64,000 nt of DNA from assembly GCA_964016885.1 (NCBI GenBank), contig OZ024742.1:253394001-253458000 (forward strand), read 5' to 3'. The notes under the pieces are model-generated. The model made no database searches. It had not been told where the DNA came from and was given only the letters and a program-made list of their open reading frames with translations. Of this stretch, positions 28,468 to 41,041 are shown in pieces (position 1 is the stretch's first letter; each line of letters starts with the position of its first letter). Source of the stretch: Eledone cirrhosa. Its lineage: Eukaryota. Made by a program: the position numbers and the translations under genes.

Positions 28468-31400
28468 AACTTGAAAAAGTTAATCAGGGATTGGCCGGAG
28501 AGTAAAGTGTCTGTCTTCAACCCTTTCAATCTTGTCCACCATATAATCTCTTTAGCCATGGCCACCAGGCAGATGAAAACTGTCTGCCCTTCCTCCTCTT
28601 TAAAGGAGGATGGCGGGGCTATCAGCACAATGGACTCAGATAACCGGATCCGTCCTACACACGACAGCAGCTGTTCGACATAGCTCCACAAGTCAGCAAT
28701 CCTCGGGCCCTGAACGAATGCATGCAGGACGGTTTCGTCGCCCTGCGCGCATCTTGGACAGGCGCGGCTGGCAGCACCTCCGTACCCGTAGAGCTTATCC
28801 CGAACTGGCAATGCTCCCCAGTAACACTGCCAGGCCAGGGATTTCTGGAAGTTATCCATAGGCCACAGTCTGAAAGTTCTCCGGAAGAGAGCAAACAGCT
28901 GATCGTCTTCGACGACCAGGGTCTCCCCGAACGCGTCGTCGCTCTTTCCCTCCACTAGCCCTCTATAGAACACCGAGGTGGATGTTCCACCGATACTAGG
29001 GCCCAGCTGGTAGAGGGCGGTGAGCGCTTGGAGGCATTCCAGCTTCCAAGCGCTATCCCTCAGTTTTTCCTGATCCATGACTGCAGCTCCGTCAAGGAGA
29101 TGAGCTGGGGTAAAGCGCGTCTGGCAAACAGCGACCACATCTCTTCAGCATCAAGGAAGCACCAGAGATATCGCAGCCTCAGCGCATGTTTGAACATCAT
29201 CAACCACGGCATGCCTAGTCCTCCACGCAACGGGTGTTGACAGCAAATGGATCGTCTGACTATGGGAGCACGTCCCTTCTACAAAAAGCGAAAGAGAAGG
29301 CGTTCCATTTTGGTCAAAGTTGGGCGGGGGAAAGGTACGACGGTCAGGCGGTAGCAGATGAAGGACACTATCTACGCATTCACCACCTCCGGCCGACCTT
29401 TCAGAGACAACCTCCTTCGGCCCATTTCTGGGTGAGAGAGGTCACCCTGCTCGTCACCCCGCTCCAGTTTTTCTCCATCTGGAGGTCCGGACCAACCCAG
29501 ACCCTGAGCAATTTAACCGGTCTTTCCGTCCAGCGCCCCACGATGGTCTCAGATGACATGGACTTGCCTCTCCAGCTGCCGAGTTGCAAGCCCATCGACT
29601 TTTCTTGGTTTATCTTTGCTCCTGTCACCACTTCGTATTCCTTCAGAGCGGTGCTGAGCATCTGGACGTGTTTGGTGCTCGACACCACCACGGTGATGTC
29701 GTCGGCGTAAGCTGACACGGATCTCCCGCATCCCAGTTCACGTGGGACCTCCCCCCCGCATCGTCTCCAGTTTGTGCAGTAATGGCTCGAGGGCCAGTAT
29801 GTTCAAAAGGGACGAGAGGCGGCAACCCTGGCGGACAGAGCGCATGCTGCCGAAAGGCTGCAACAGGTGACCATCCGCCCTCATAATCAAGCAGATGTCG
29901 CTGTGCATCGCAGCGATCCAGCCCCTAAAAAGGAGCCCGAAGCCGGCCGCCTCGAGGACCGCAACCAGGTACCGATGGTCGACCCTATCAAATGCTTTAG
30001 ATTGATCCAAGTAGATCAGGGCCCCACCCGTACCAGGTTCCTTAACCTCCCTTTCTATGATGTATTGCATGAGATGGAGGTTGTCGTGGATGGATCTGTC
30101 CAGGATGGCGCATGTCTGCACCTCTCCCACCAGATCACCGACGACAAGCGCCAATCTCTTTGCTAACACCTTGGCCCAAATCGTAAACTCTGCGTTTATA
30201 AGAGTTATGGACCTGAAGTTGTCTATAACGTCCCCCTTGTTCGTGTCTTTTCGCAGCATCGCCACCGCTCCCCGGCTCACAAAACTGAGAATGCTCCCGT
30301 TCTTCTGCCAGTTGCAGGAGATATCTGACAAGAGGTCGCCGAACATGTCTGGCATATACGCATAAAGCTCGTAGGGCAGACCATACAAACCTGGTGATTT
30401 ACCCATCATGCAGTCAGATATCGCTTCCCGTATTACACCTGCTGTTATCGGCTTTTCGCAGCAGTGCGATGGGGTCGTATAGAGCCGCGGCAGTCCGTCG
30501 TGGCATGTACCGAAGTTCATTCTCCGATCCGGCCTGCCGCCGCTCCTGAACAATTGAGCAAAGTGCTGTTGAAAAGCCACAAACATCTGCTCGGGTTCGA
30601 GCAACATGCACCCGTTTTGATCAGGCAAAGACCGAATTGTGTACTTGTTGCCACGTCGCGTCTCCACCACCCAGGCCCATTGAACGGCTTACGTCCTCTC
30701 GTGTCTTAGAGCACGCGCTCTAGCTATGACAATGCAGCTTTCATGTTTTGCGTTGAAGAATTGGTCTAGTGTCAATCTCGCCGCAAGCACGTCGGTTGCG
30801 ATGCCTGTCCTAAACGCCTCTTCTAGCTTTCTAACTACTTCTCCCTCTACTCTATTTACCTCTATCATTATTCCTTTTTAACCTTATCGATTCTACTCTA
30901 ATAGCTCTTTTCAGGGTAAACCACCACCTGCTGTTGACGATCGCACTCGTCAACGCACGCTTAACTAATTCGCTAATCCGGTCTCTGTAAGCTTTGCGCG
31001 CCGGGAACGACGCGTTCAGCTTCTAGTAACTAGGCCCTTACCTATGGAGGCTATCTAAGACAACTTCACAGATCACAAATTTGTGGCCCGTGTAGTCGAC
31101 TACTTTAAAATGTGGTGGACAACCAACACTAGCCTTATCTGTTTCCCTACAGAATACCCTATCTAAATACGATCTGGATGACCCGATGCGGTTTGCCCAT
31201 GTCCACATTGGCACATTCGGATAATCCAGTCTATATCTGTCAGACAGTTGAAAACGTCTGAGCAGGTTGTTGGGGCTTTTACACCATCCTGCCCTGTCTA
31301 TTAGCCCCACACAATCCCAGCGTGCATCTAAGATACCGTTCCCAGTCGCCCACTAACACTAAAAAGCAGGACGTTCCAAGAAAGGTCTCTAGACGTCTGA

Positions 31401-34118
31401 AGAAATCTGGCTGTCCTGCCCATGATGGGGCGTAGACGGCTACTATCCTGAAAGAATTGCCTTCGCTGCCGGTCACTCCAGCACCACCGACTTACCCTCT
31501 GGGTCCAGGAAGATGGCCCGTATGGCGAGATCCAAGCCTCTCTGAAAAAGCACGGCAACCCCTCCCTCAATCCTGTGCGGCTGGGAGATGCGTATACATC
31601 GTAACCGCCGAAGATCGGTGCGAAGGCTCGTGCTTCGGAGATTCTGGTCTCGCTGATGGCCACCACATCTATGTTTAGTAACCTGAGGTCGTTGAGCAAG
31701 TGGCCCTGCTTCCATGACGACCCCAGGCCACGCACATTTATGCTGCATATTCTGAGTAAGGTCATATTGAAAAGGGGTGGAAAAAGATGGGAAAGACCAC
31801 TTTCCACACTTATGGTAGAGGAAGGATGGTTTTTACTGCCCTTCTCACTTACCGTGGCCCCTTCCGGAAGGATGTCTTTATAAATCCTCCTGGAGAGTGT
31901 TTGTCGGAAGTCTCCGATCTCCTTAGGAAATTTTAATTTTAGTGTCGTGTACGTTTTCCGTGTGATGCGAGTGATTTGTATGTGTGGGGTGGTGTGAATT
32001 TTTTGGGTGTTTTATAGTATTTTTCTGTGATGCTGGTGTTGTGTTGGATGTAGTGTAATAATTGGTTGTTGTTCAAATTTAATGCTGCGTAGTGTGTATC
32101 CTTTTGGTTGCTTTGTTTTGTTTACGTTTGTTGTGGGATTGTTTCTGTTTCGCTTGTTGGTGATTTTTGTGGTGTTGGTGATGGTGGTGTTGGGGTTAAT
32201 AATGGTGATGGTGTTGGTGTTTGTGGTGATGGGGTTGGTGATGCTGGTATGGATGGTGGCATAGCGGTCTTAACTTTTTTGTTAGTTTGTTTGTTTGTTT
32301 CGCCCTGCATTTTGTTTTTGGAGGGCGAAGGAAGAGGATTTTTTCTTTTTTGGTTTCTTTTTTTTCTTTTTTCCTGATACCGTTTCCCACTCCTCGTCAT
32401 CACAATCTGTCTCCAGTTGCGATATGTCGGGGAGTGGAAAATCCTCCACAGGCGTTGGTTTTGGTTGTGGCGTGGTGGATGGTGGTGGCGCTGGTGCTAA
32501 TTCTGGCGCGGTGGGTGGTGGTGGTGTTGGTTTTGCTACTGTTGCTACTACAGTTGCTGGGGTTGTTGCTGCTACAGTTGTTGCTGCCATTTCTGCTGCT
32601 GGTTCTGATGGTTGAGTCACTGGGGTGGATAGGAGAGGTGGCCTCAACGTTTTAGCCTGTGGCTAGAAAGCCTTTAGGTGCGTTCCTTCGCCACAAACGT
32701 CACACCTAGGCCTTCTACCCTCAACGATTACGGTGAGGTGGCTGCCGTCATTGAGGTCTATCACGTCTGGAATTTCCTTATGTTTTTTTGGTCCGCTTAG
32801 ATCAGGAGCTCCATCCCAGATCCGGACCAGTTCTCCTGCTTTACTTGTATCACCTCAATTACTTTAGTGTCGGCCTCGATGTCGTCGAGGACGGCAGCCA
32901 TTAGCCAGAGAATTTCAATGGTCGGTGGAACTTGGGTTACCCTGATTCTTACCAACCTCTGACCGCAATAGCTTGGGACGAGTGTGAACTCGTTACTTTT
33001 TAATGGGGCCATGGAGTGCTCTCTGGCTTCCTGTGGGGTTCTAAAGAACACGTCCATGGTTCTATATTTTTGCCCACGTTTGATGTGGGTTTTTTGAGCC
33101 CACACATGTCCCAAAGCTTTTTGTATCTGAGACTCGGATCCCCGTTCCACTCGGCGCGTTTTAATATTTATCGTCCGATATAACACGATGCATAGACGCC
33201 GATGTTCCATGGTATTAGATGGGGGTAGGGGTGAGGCTGACTCTGTAACCATATTTTTTTACCATTCGCTTGGCTTCTTTCAATTCTTCCTGGCTTACTT
33301 CAACCGTTTCATTTTTTTGCCGCTTTAGCAAACGACACATTTGGTTTTGCGCTGGTGTTGATGTTGTTGTTGTTTTTCTTATTGTTGCTGTTGTTTCTGT
33401 TGTTGTTATTGTTATTTTTGTTATTATTATTTTTAGTTTCAGTTGAGGTGGTGGTGGTGGTGGTGGTGTCAGTGGCGTTCGGCGAGGAAGAGTTGATTTT
33501 CGGAGAATCCATTTCGATATCACGAGAAAATAATTTATTTTTGTTTCAGTTGTTGCTGTGGTGGTGTTGGTTGTTCTTTTTGACATTGTGGTGGTGGGGA
33601 TGGCGGCCTTAACACCTGTAGACGTTGGTAATGGCGGGAAATCTATGTTTGTATGTGACAAATCTAAATAATTGCCATTGCTATTACTTATATTTTCAGT
33701 GTTGGCATTTTTTCTGTTGTCTGTATTTTGGTTGTTGCTGTAATTGTTCTAGTTGGTCTGAACATTTTTTTAAAATTAGTGTTCTCAGTGTTGTTGTCTT
33801 TGTTCACATTTGTGGTGGTGTTTGTTGTATCAATTTCTGTAACCCTCCTCTCAACTTTTACACTGTTGTCACACGACAGCAGACATATTGCTGGGGCGTG
33901 GCCCAGCCATATTTTTTAAAAAATCTTTTAAAAGTAAAATGTTCAAATATTGTTCAAATATTTGGACCAAAAGGCCCAAATATTATACTTTCTCCTTCAC
34001 AGGGCAAAGACCAAGGGTTTATATCCCTTATACAACAAGAAAAATTAAACAAGAAATAATTATAACAGGTAAATAAAGCGACTTACAGGGAACAAGCAAA
34101 AAGATGTCCAAACAGACC
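28461..34118 (-). mobile_element. Tx1/L1-like LINE copy B, near full length but disrupted
   Basis: ORF1 (~33661-32100) with CDVCGEGTH knuckle and Pro/Thr-rich tail. ORF2 APE (SINVRGL, ISET, VYAP, LVGDW, SYLDR), RT (LDQSKAFDRVDH, VRQGC, AYADD) and CP.C zinc finger. Confidence 0.92.
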
Positions 34119-34137
34119 AATAATAATAATAATAATA

Positions 34138-34241
34138 ATTGTTTCTATTTTGGCACAAGGCCAGAAATTACCCAGTACATTACTGCTACTTTATTTTATC
34201 GACCCCGTAAGGATGAAAGGCAAAGTTAACCTCGGCGGGAT
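34138..34241 (-). mobile_element. Truncated Nin/Deu-like SINE inside (TAA)n
   Basis: ttttatcgaccccgtaaggatgaaaggcaaagttaacctcggcggga, flanked by (aat)n. Confidence 0.85.
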
Positions 34242-34260
34242 TAATAATAATAATAATAAT

Positions 34261-35070
34261 TACCAGGTCAATGTGATGAGAAACGAAATAAACCCAAAGT
34301 GCCGATTCTGCAATGCTGAGGTTGAAACAGTGGATCACTTAGTCTCTGGATGTAAAGTTTTAGCACCAGTAGAATACAAATATAGACATGACAGAGTTGG
34401 CCAATATCTACACTGGGTAATATGTCGGCATTACAAAATCAAAGCTGAAGACAAGTGGTACAATCATCACCCTGAGGCTATAACTGAAGGCGAAAAATAA
34501 ACAATTCTCTGGGACTTTCCTGTACATACTGACAGGACGATAAAAGCAAATAGACCTGACATCATTGTAAAAGATCAACATAACAAGGTCTGTTTAGTGA
34601 TAGATATGAGCATCCCATGTGATCACAATATCGCGGCAAAAGAATTTGACAAGCTACGAAAATATAAAGATCTGCTTATTGAAATTGAGAAAATGTGGCA
34701 CCTCAAGGCCGTTACAATACTAATGATTGTGGGAGGACTGGGAATGATCAAGAAAGGAACAGAACAATATTTGTGAATGATTCCTGGTTTACCCTCTCTG
34801 CACGAGGTGCAAAAAATTGTTTTGACTGGTACTGCAGACGTATTGAGAAGAGCACTATCTCTGTAAGATTGATATCCCTCCTTGTATTTACATATGCATA
34901 TGCACATGTGTATATATGTATACTGTTTTTTTTTTAAATTATAATCAATGTGCTGTATTAACTGGCTTACCAATGCACACTGTGAATTTATTTGCCCTAG
35001 GTGTCAGGAAGACACTCAGCATATATCTCAGAAACAATAATGAAAGAAAATAAAAATAAAAATAATAATA
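34261..35070 (+). mobile_element. R4/Dong-like LINE 3' fragment (CCHC and RLE)
   Basis: CRFC..ETVDHLVSGC..RHDRV..YLHW, ILWDF..ANRPDIIV..IDMSIP..KYKDL. Bounded by TAA-rich tracts. Confidence 0.9.
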
Positions 35071-35074
35071 AATG

Positions 35075-36790
35075 AAAGACAGTTATTTTATTATAAGTAT
35101 TTCGAAGATGTAAGGCTTATGTATAACATAAGCCAAAACATTTTCTCTTCAGACAAAACCCACTGGAGATGTAGAAGTTATTTGATATGCTGGCAGTTAG
35201 ATGACCTGTTCATATCCATGTCCAACAAGCATATGAGATATAAAAACCTCAACACAGAAGGTATTATTTGAGTGGGAGGAATATTACAGTAGGTACTGAC
35301 GCTTTCAATTGACTTTGGATTGGTAAAAACACAAACAAAAACAAATTTTGACAGTCAGTCTATTTATTTATAACTTAAGTTAGATTAAATTAGATACTAT
35401 ACTAAAAAATACATATACAAAGATGAAAATTAATAATGTAACTATATAATAAAGGAAAAATTTATAAATTACTAATTTAGTAGATAATTAATCGCAGTTT
35501 ATGTATACAATTTACTTTAGTAGATATTATCAGAGTGGAAAAAAATATTTAACAATTGGCTTTGCTAGATTATAACTGGCTAGGTTATCATTATATGGGA
35601 TTAATAAATTGGTTCAAAAGAAAACATGTATTAGTTCTAGCCTAATTAATAAAAAAAAATGCATGTATTATAGCCTAATATGTAAATTTATATAAAAAAT
35701 TAGAAATTAATTCTTTTATATACTAATTAAAGTTAAAATAGATGTAAAAGTTATGATGAAGAATTATTATGATACTTATTTGTTTTATTTAGCTTATTAA
35801 CGATTTATAAATAAAATAGCAGAAAACCGATATATAAAAATCTATTAAAAAACTATATATAAAAAGAAAAATTTTATATTATTTATTTAGTATTCTAATT
35901 AAATTTATTTAGAATTTAACTAAATACCCTATGAAACATTTTGATAAACATATAAAGACAAGAACTAAAGATTTCAGAGCGTTTATTGATAATTAAATGC
36001 CTATGTTGAATGATGTGGAGAATCTCTGTGGTACAGAGGTCACATCCCTTTGATATAGCTGCATTTTCATAAGGCAAAGCACGAGAAAGTTTCTGCCAAA
36101 TAAGGGAATATTCAATATTATTTTTTTTAAGCGACCAAATCCATTCAGAGAGCGCCGTGCTAAATATTTTATCTTTTTTTTTAAAATGAGGCGCGATGGT
36201 TATATCAGCTTTCTTTAAATTTAGAAGAAGTAGCATCAATATAACTATAAGACTTATCATTCGTTTTCACTATGCATTTATAAACTGAGTTACGATCAAG
36301 ACAGTTATTATTAAGTGGGCAAATATTACGGTTTTTACAATTACAATTATTTATGTTACTATTTAAATTTCCCACTCTGTGTTCATAATTCGGTAGATTT
36401 CCCTCGTCTATCTTAATGGAATTATGACTGTTATTTGAGATGTTGTTTATTCCATTAGAGATTCTATGATTATTATTGTGAGTTATTTCCCTATATTTAA
36501 TTCCAAGGTTTCTATTGTTAATTTTAGTTATATTTTGGGCAATATTTTTGGTAGCCGAGTAGGAAAGTTTAATTGTCTGTCGGTTAAAGATTTTACTGTA
36601 TTTATGAGATCTCGGAAAGCATTTATCAAGTGTATTAAAGAAACGACAAGCTAAGTTCTTCTTAATTCCAATTGATTTTGGAGGATTATACCACAGGACG
36701 GAACAGGATCAAACCTTCTTATGTGACTTATTGGTTGTATAGGAGTTATAAATATTCCAAATCTGATTTGTCCTGACTCTATCATTACAC
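35075..36790 (-). mobile_element. 5'-truncated degraded PLE (Naiad-like linker, GIY-YIG and AT-rich 3'UTR/pLTR)
   Basis: WYNPP..FP.SHKY.KIFNRQTIKLSYS, CNCKNRNICPL, CDLCTTEI..NKRSEIFSSC. HHR at the 3' end. Confidence 0.85.
35085..35158 (-). ncRNA. Hammerhead ribozyme in PLE 3' pLTR
   Basis: ttttgt CTGAAGA gaa.atgt..ggcttatgt tat acataagcc..acat.ttc GAAA tactta TA ataaaa. Confidence 0.78.
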
Positions 36791-36975
36791 CCCACAGCAT
36801 AGAAATAAACAAACAATTGATATTAACACCAATGTATGGTTTATATGTAAATGTATATGTATATTTACCATCTTTATGTAAGTTCATTATTCACTTACTT
36901 TCAGATCTTTTTGTCATTGTACCTATATATGCAAGACATGGTCACCAGGTCAGGTGACCATGTCATGCTCATACA

Positions 36976-37150
36976 GAACTGATTTGGGCTTGATTTCTAC
37001 AGCTGGATGCCCTTCCTAACGCCAACCACATTTACAGTGAGTACTGGGTGCGTTTTTTTAGAACACGTACACGACCACTTTACAGTGTGGGTTGGGTGCT
37101 TTTTGTCGTGTTGCCATCACGACTACTTTACAGTGTGGGCTGGAGGCTTC
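36976..37150 (-). mobile_element. SINE body fragment (family of 11057)
   Basis: gcttgatttctacagctggatgcccttcctaac..catttacagtgagt.ctgggtgc. Confidence 0.75.
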
Positions 37151-37651
37151 ACTAGATGTATGCTTCTGCTTGTTCTCATGTATGCTTTCTGTATCTGAAA
37201 TAAAGAAGGTTCGCATAATCGTATTGATTCATATTTATATTTAGGGTTGCTCCATCATTTCAGCCTGTCCATAATAAAAAAAAAAAATCAGAAAAGATAG
37301 TGGCAGTTAGCAATTATTGCCATAGATAGTGGGTGAAGGTATCTTTGTATTACTGTGGCTTGATTGGTATATGAGGCTAAGGTGGTGTGTGGGTTGGGAG
37401 GGAAATGGTGAGGTAAGTGAGTGGTTCAGCTGGTAGATCAGATGTTTATATAAAGCATGAAATAGGATAGAGATTGTTTCGAGTTCATAAGTTACAAGCA
37501 AGCTTTGAAAGATTTTTGAGAAGTCTACATATGTGATGGGTTCAGGCAATGCATTGTGCCAAAATGAAATAGAATGGGTTACATTTGGTTCAATCTCTAA
37601 TAGAGAAAGTGAATGGTTCAGCTGGTAGTTCCAATGTTTATAGAAAGCATG

Positions 37652-37703
<52 letters not shown>

Positions 37704-37885
37704 TGTATATATTTATATATATATATAAATGTAACATTATTTTATCTATTATTTTATTTACATATAAATCTATTATTATAAATCTATTATAAATCTATAT
37801 ATATTTATTATTTTATTTATATATAAATGTTACATTATATATATATATATAAATGTTACATTATATATATATATAAATGTTACAT

Positions 37886-37955
37886 TATTTTAACTGATGA
37901 GAACACAATTTTTGTCCCAGGATGATGTTGTTTTCGAAATGCGCATAATAAAATA
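37886..37955 (+). ncRNA. Hammerhead ribozyme in solo pLTR-like remnant (~37700-38080)
   Basis: tattttaa CTGATGA gaacacaa...ttgttttc GAAA tgcgca TA ataaaata. Palindromic stem III; downstream motif shared with 7950-7990. Confidence 0.72.
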
Positions 37956-38105
37956 TATGGAACTTTTTTAACCATCTTTTAATTTCTTCTTTAATATATA
38001 CTCCAGTTCTACCAACTGTTGAGTGCTACTTATCTGATATATGCATAGTTTTATTGTTTTACAATATTACTCACCTTCTACATATATATATATATATATA
38101 TATAT

Positions 38106-38286
38106 AAAGACTCCAAAAAACCTCATTTTTTTAATATACATACATACATATATATATATATATGTATGTATATAAGAAAATGAGGTTTTTTGGAGTCTTT
38201 TTAAGAATATTGTAAAATTGAGATGGAGTATTTGTGGTTTGTCTCGCATCTCTGTGAGACAAACCACAAACACTCCATCTCAATTT
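38106..38286. repeat. Two adjacent palindromes (38106-38200 centred on (TA)n; 38215-38286)
   Basis: aaagactccaaaaaacctcatttt/aaaatgaggttttttggagtcttt and aaattgagatggagt..gtctcgca/tgtgagac..actccatctcaattt. Confidence 0.85.
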
Positions 38287-38359
38287 GAAAAGCATAAGAA
38301 CTGTGAAACTGGTAAAGGAAATAAATAAATATTCTTAAACAAACTCCAGTTACATTCTC

Positions 38360-38585
38360 TGCTTTGAGGATGTGGAGGAAATGAAAGAGGCTGTGGCAAA
38401 TATCCTGGATACCTTCACTTTCGAAGACTACAAAGGAGCCTTCCAGAAATGGCTGGAGTGCTACAAAAAAATGCATTGAAGTTGGAGCATCCTACTTTGA
38501 GGGAGACTAGTGTTTTGTGTCGATCTGAATTAAATAAATATCTCTCCGATAAAAGACTCAAAACCTTTTGAGTGTACTTCGGATA
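38360..38585 (+). mobile_element. Mariner transposase C-terminal remnant
   Basis: FEDVEEMKEAV..YKGAFQKWLECY(fs)KCIEVGASYFEGD*, then a TIR-like end before TA. Confidence 0.75.
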
Positions 38586-38606
38586 CATATATATATATAT
38601 ATATAT

Positions 38607-39429
38607 TGCTTCGTAGAATCAAGACATATCTGAGGACCTTGCGACTTTCAGAGTCAGGTTCGATCATCACATCGACAAAATATATATATATATATATATA
38701 TATGCATGTACAGGACTCTGAAAAAAAATTTGGTATTTTTTGTCTATTTGATCTTCACACTTATAATTTTATATAACTCTGATTGATGGATTATTTAATT
38801 AATTCATTCATCGAGGAAAACTGATAAAGGATGGACACCGCACATATATATGTTTATACTTATGTATCTATACGTATTTTCTATAATTTATGCTAACTCC
38901 CTTATAGTTGAGTAAAAAAATTAAGCTGAAATAGACTGCTTCTTCTAGCAACTCTGTTACTCGCCAACAGACTTTACTACCCCTCTGTATTGACCGTAAA
39001 AATCACGTGATAATTTTCCCTTTAGAAAATTTAACTAGTAGTGGTCAGTTTGGAGAATTTATCCTCACACAAAGAGCGAGTCTCTTGACAAGCCTATTAC
39101 CTCACAGCTTGGGTGCCCTTTAACTGCACTTTGGCTGCACACCTGTTGGTGAATCTGCACAGTCAGGGCTATGAAGAAAAATTAGGTATTTTTTGTCTAT
39201 TTGTTCTTCACACTTATTATTTCTATATATATACACACACACATACACATATGTATATGTATATATATATATCACAGAAAAAAAGAGAATCAGTGTTGCA
39301 ACAAATGGAATTTATTGGACATATTACAATCGTTTCTCTGGCGACCAACTCGAGGCACGATCGATGTGATGATCGAACCTGACTCTGAAAGTCGCAAGGT
39401 CCTCAGATATGTCTTGATTCTACGAAGCA
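38607..39429. repeat. Composite: 70-bp inverted repeat enclosing a ~453-bp unit with terminal direct repeat
   Basis: 38607-38675 is the reverse complement of 39361-39429. ggtattttttgtctatttg.tcttcacactta occurs at 38732 and 39185. Confidence 0.85.
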
Positions 39430-39626
39430 TATTTTCCTAATCTCCTTTTACATCGATATCCTTTGCCTTTCGGCTTAGATCCTGTTGTTGTCATTCTATG
39501 AGTGGTCAAGAATTGTTCACGTCATCAGTATTTCTAGCCACTCATGGTTGTCCACTATTTGGTTCTTTTCATTCTCCGCCTGTCAATCAAAGTTGTTTCT
39601 TAGGTCGGAATCACTACTGTAGTAGG

Positions 39627-39666
<40 letters not shown>

Positions 39667-40432
39667 TAGGTGTAGGTAGGTAGATAGATAGATAGGTAGG
39701 TAGAAACATAAATAGACAGAGAGATAGGTATATAGATAGATTGAAAAGTAAACATTAAAAAACAGTGTAGAAATGTATATGTATGTGTATATCAATTTAT
39801 GTAAGTATCTGTTTTCCAAAAATCTGAAATATTCCACCAACTGAAGAATAAGAGCCTAAATTAAGACAGTATTATACTCAGATAATAGAACATTTAAAAA
39901 AAAATAATATATGATAATAGTAGTCTTTTGCTATCAGTTTTATTTCTGTCCAAACGCTCTAGACAGCGTTAAAAAGCCTCTTATAGTGAATGGTGTTGTA
40001 TCTGTGCTCTAATTTGACATTAAATATCGGCTTGGTGTTACTTGGCTGGAAATAACTGTGTTATCTCCTGAGAAAGTTTTACGTCTTTAATGCAGTCTTT
40101 GTTATTGTTGTGTGAAGGAAAAAAACTGTGAATAATTGATTGAGATCTGGAAGTTTAATTTGCTCTGTAATGATAGCTGTTTTATTAATGCAGCTAGGAG
40201 AGCAGAGCTAATACATTGCTTTCAATTTTAAGTATCAGTCGCCTTCACATATGTCATTAGATAGATAGCCCCTCTTCAGTCATACCTGACCATGGCTTTG
40301 CACCTGGAGAGTTCCCCCTCAAGGACACAAAGCTGGGCAAGGTGTTTTGTAAAAGACCAGCAAAGTAAACAGATGTCAGATGATAAAGATGATGACGATG
40401 ATTATATTTATGTATGCACACACACACACACG

Positions 40433-40464
<32 letters not shown>

Positions 40465-40489
40465 CACACATTTTCATTTTTCATTTCAT

Positions 40490-40774
40490 TTTACGTCCGC
40501 TTTTCCCTGCTTGCAAGGGTGGGACAGGAACTGATTCTGGCTTGATTTCTACAGCTGGATGCACTTCCTAACACCAACAACATTTACAGTGAGAGCTGGG
40601 TGCTTTTTTGCCGTGGCACCTCCACGACCACTTTACAGTGGAATGATACAGCTGAGTAAACTGGAGCAATGTGAAATAAAGTGTCTTGCTCAAGGAAACA
40701 ACCCATCATCCGGTCTGAGAATTGAACTCACAACCTTTCGATTGCAAGGCCAATGCTCTAACCACTAAGCCATG
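40490..40774 (-). mobile_element. tRNA-derived SINE (family of 11057)
   Basis: Reverse complement of the 11057-11425 head and tail. The 5' flank is (TG)n/(TA)n. Confidence 0.88.
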
Positions 40775-40946
<172 letters not shown>

Positions 40947-41041
40947 AAATTATATCTGTATGAATAGATAGATAAACAGAGAAACACTGTTTTTTTTTAA
41001 TGTATGCATGTTTCTGTCTATCTATCTATCTATCTATAAAT

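Noticed and set aside
36935-36964. 12-bp perfect hairpin gacatggtcacc/ggtgaccatgtc
   Set aside because: Isolated at a SINE junction, with no supporting context for function.
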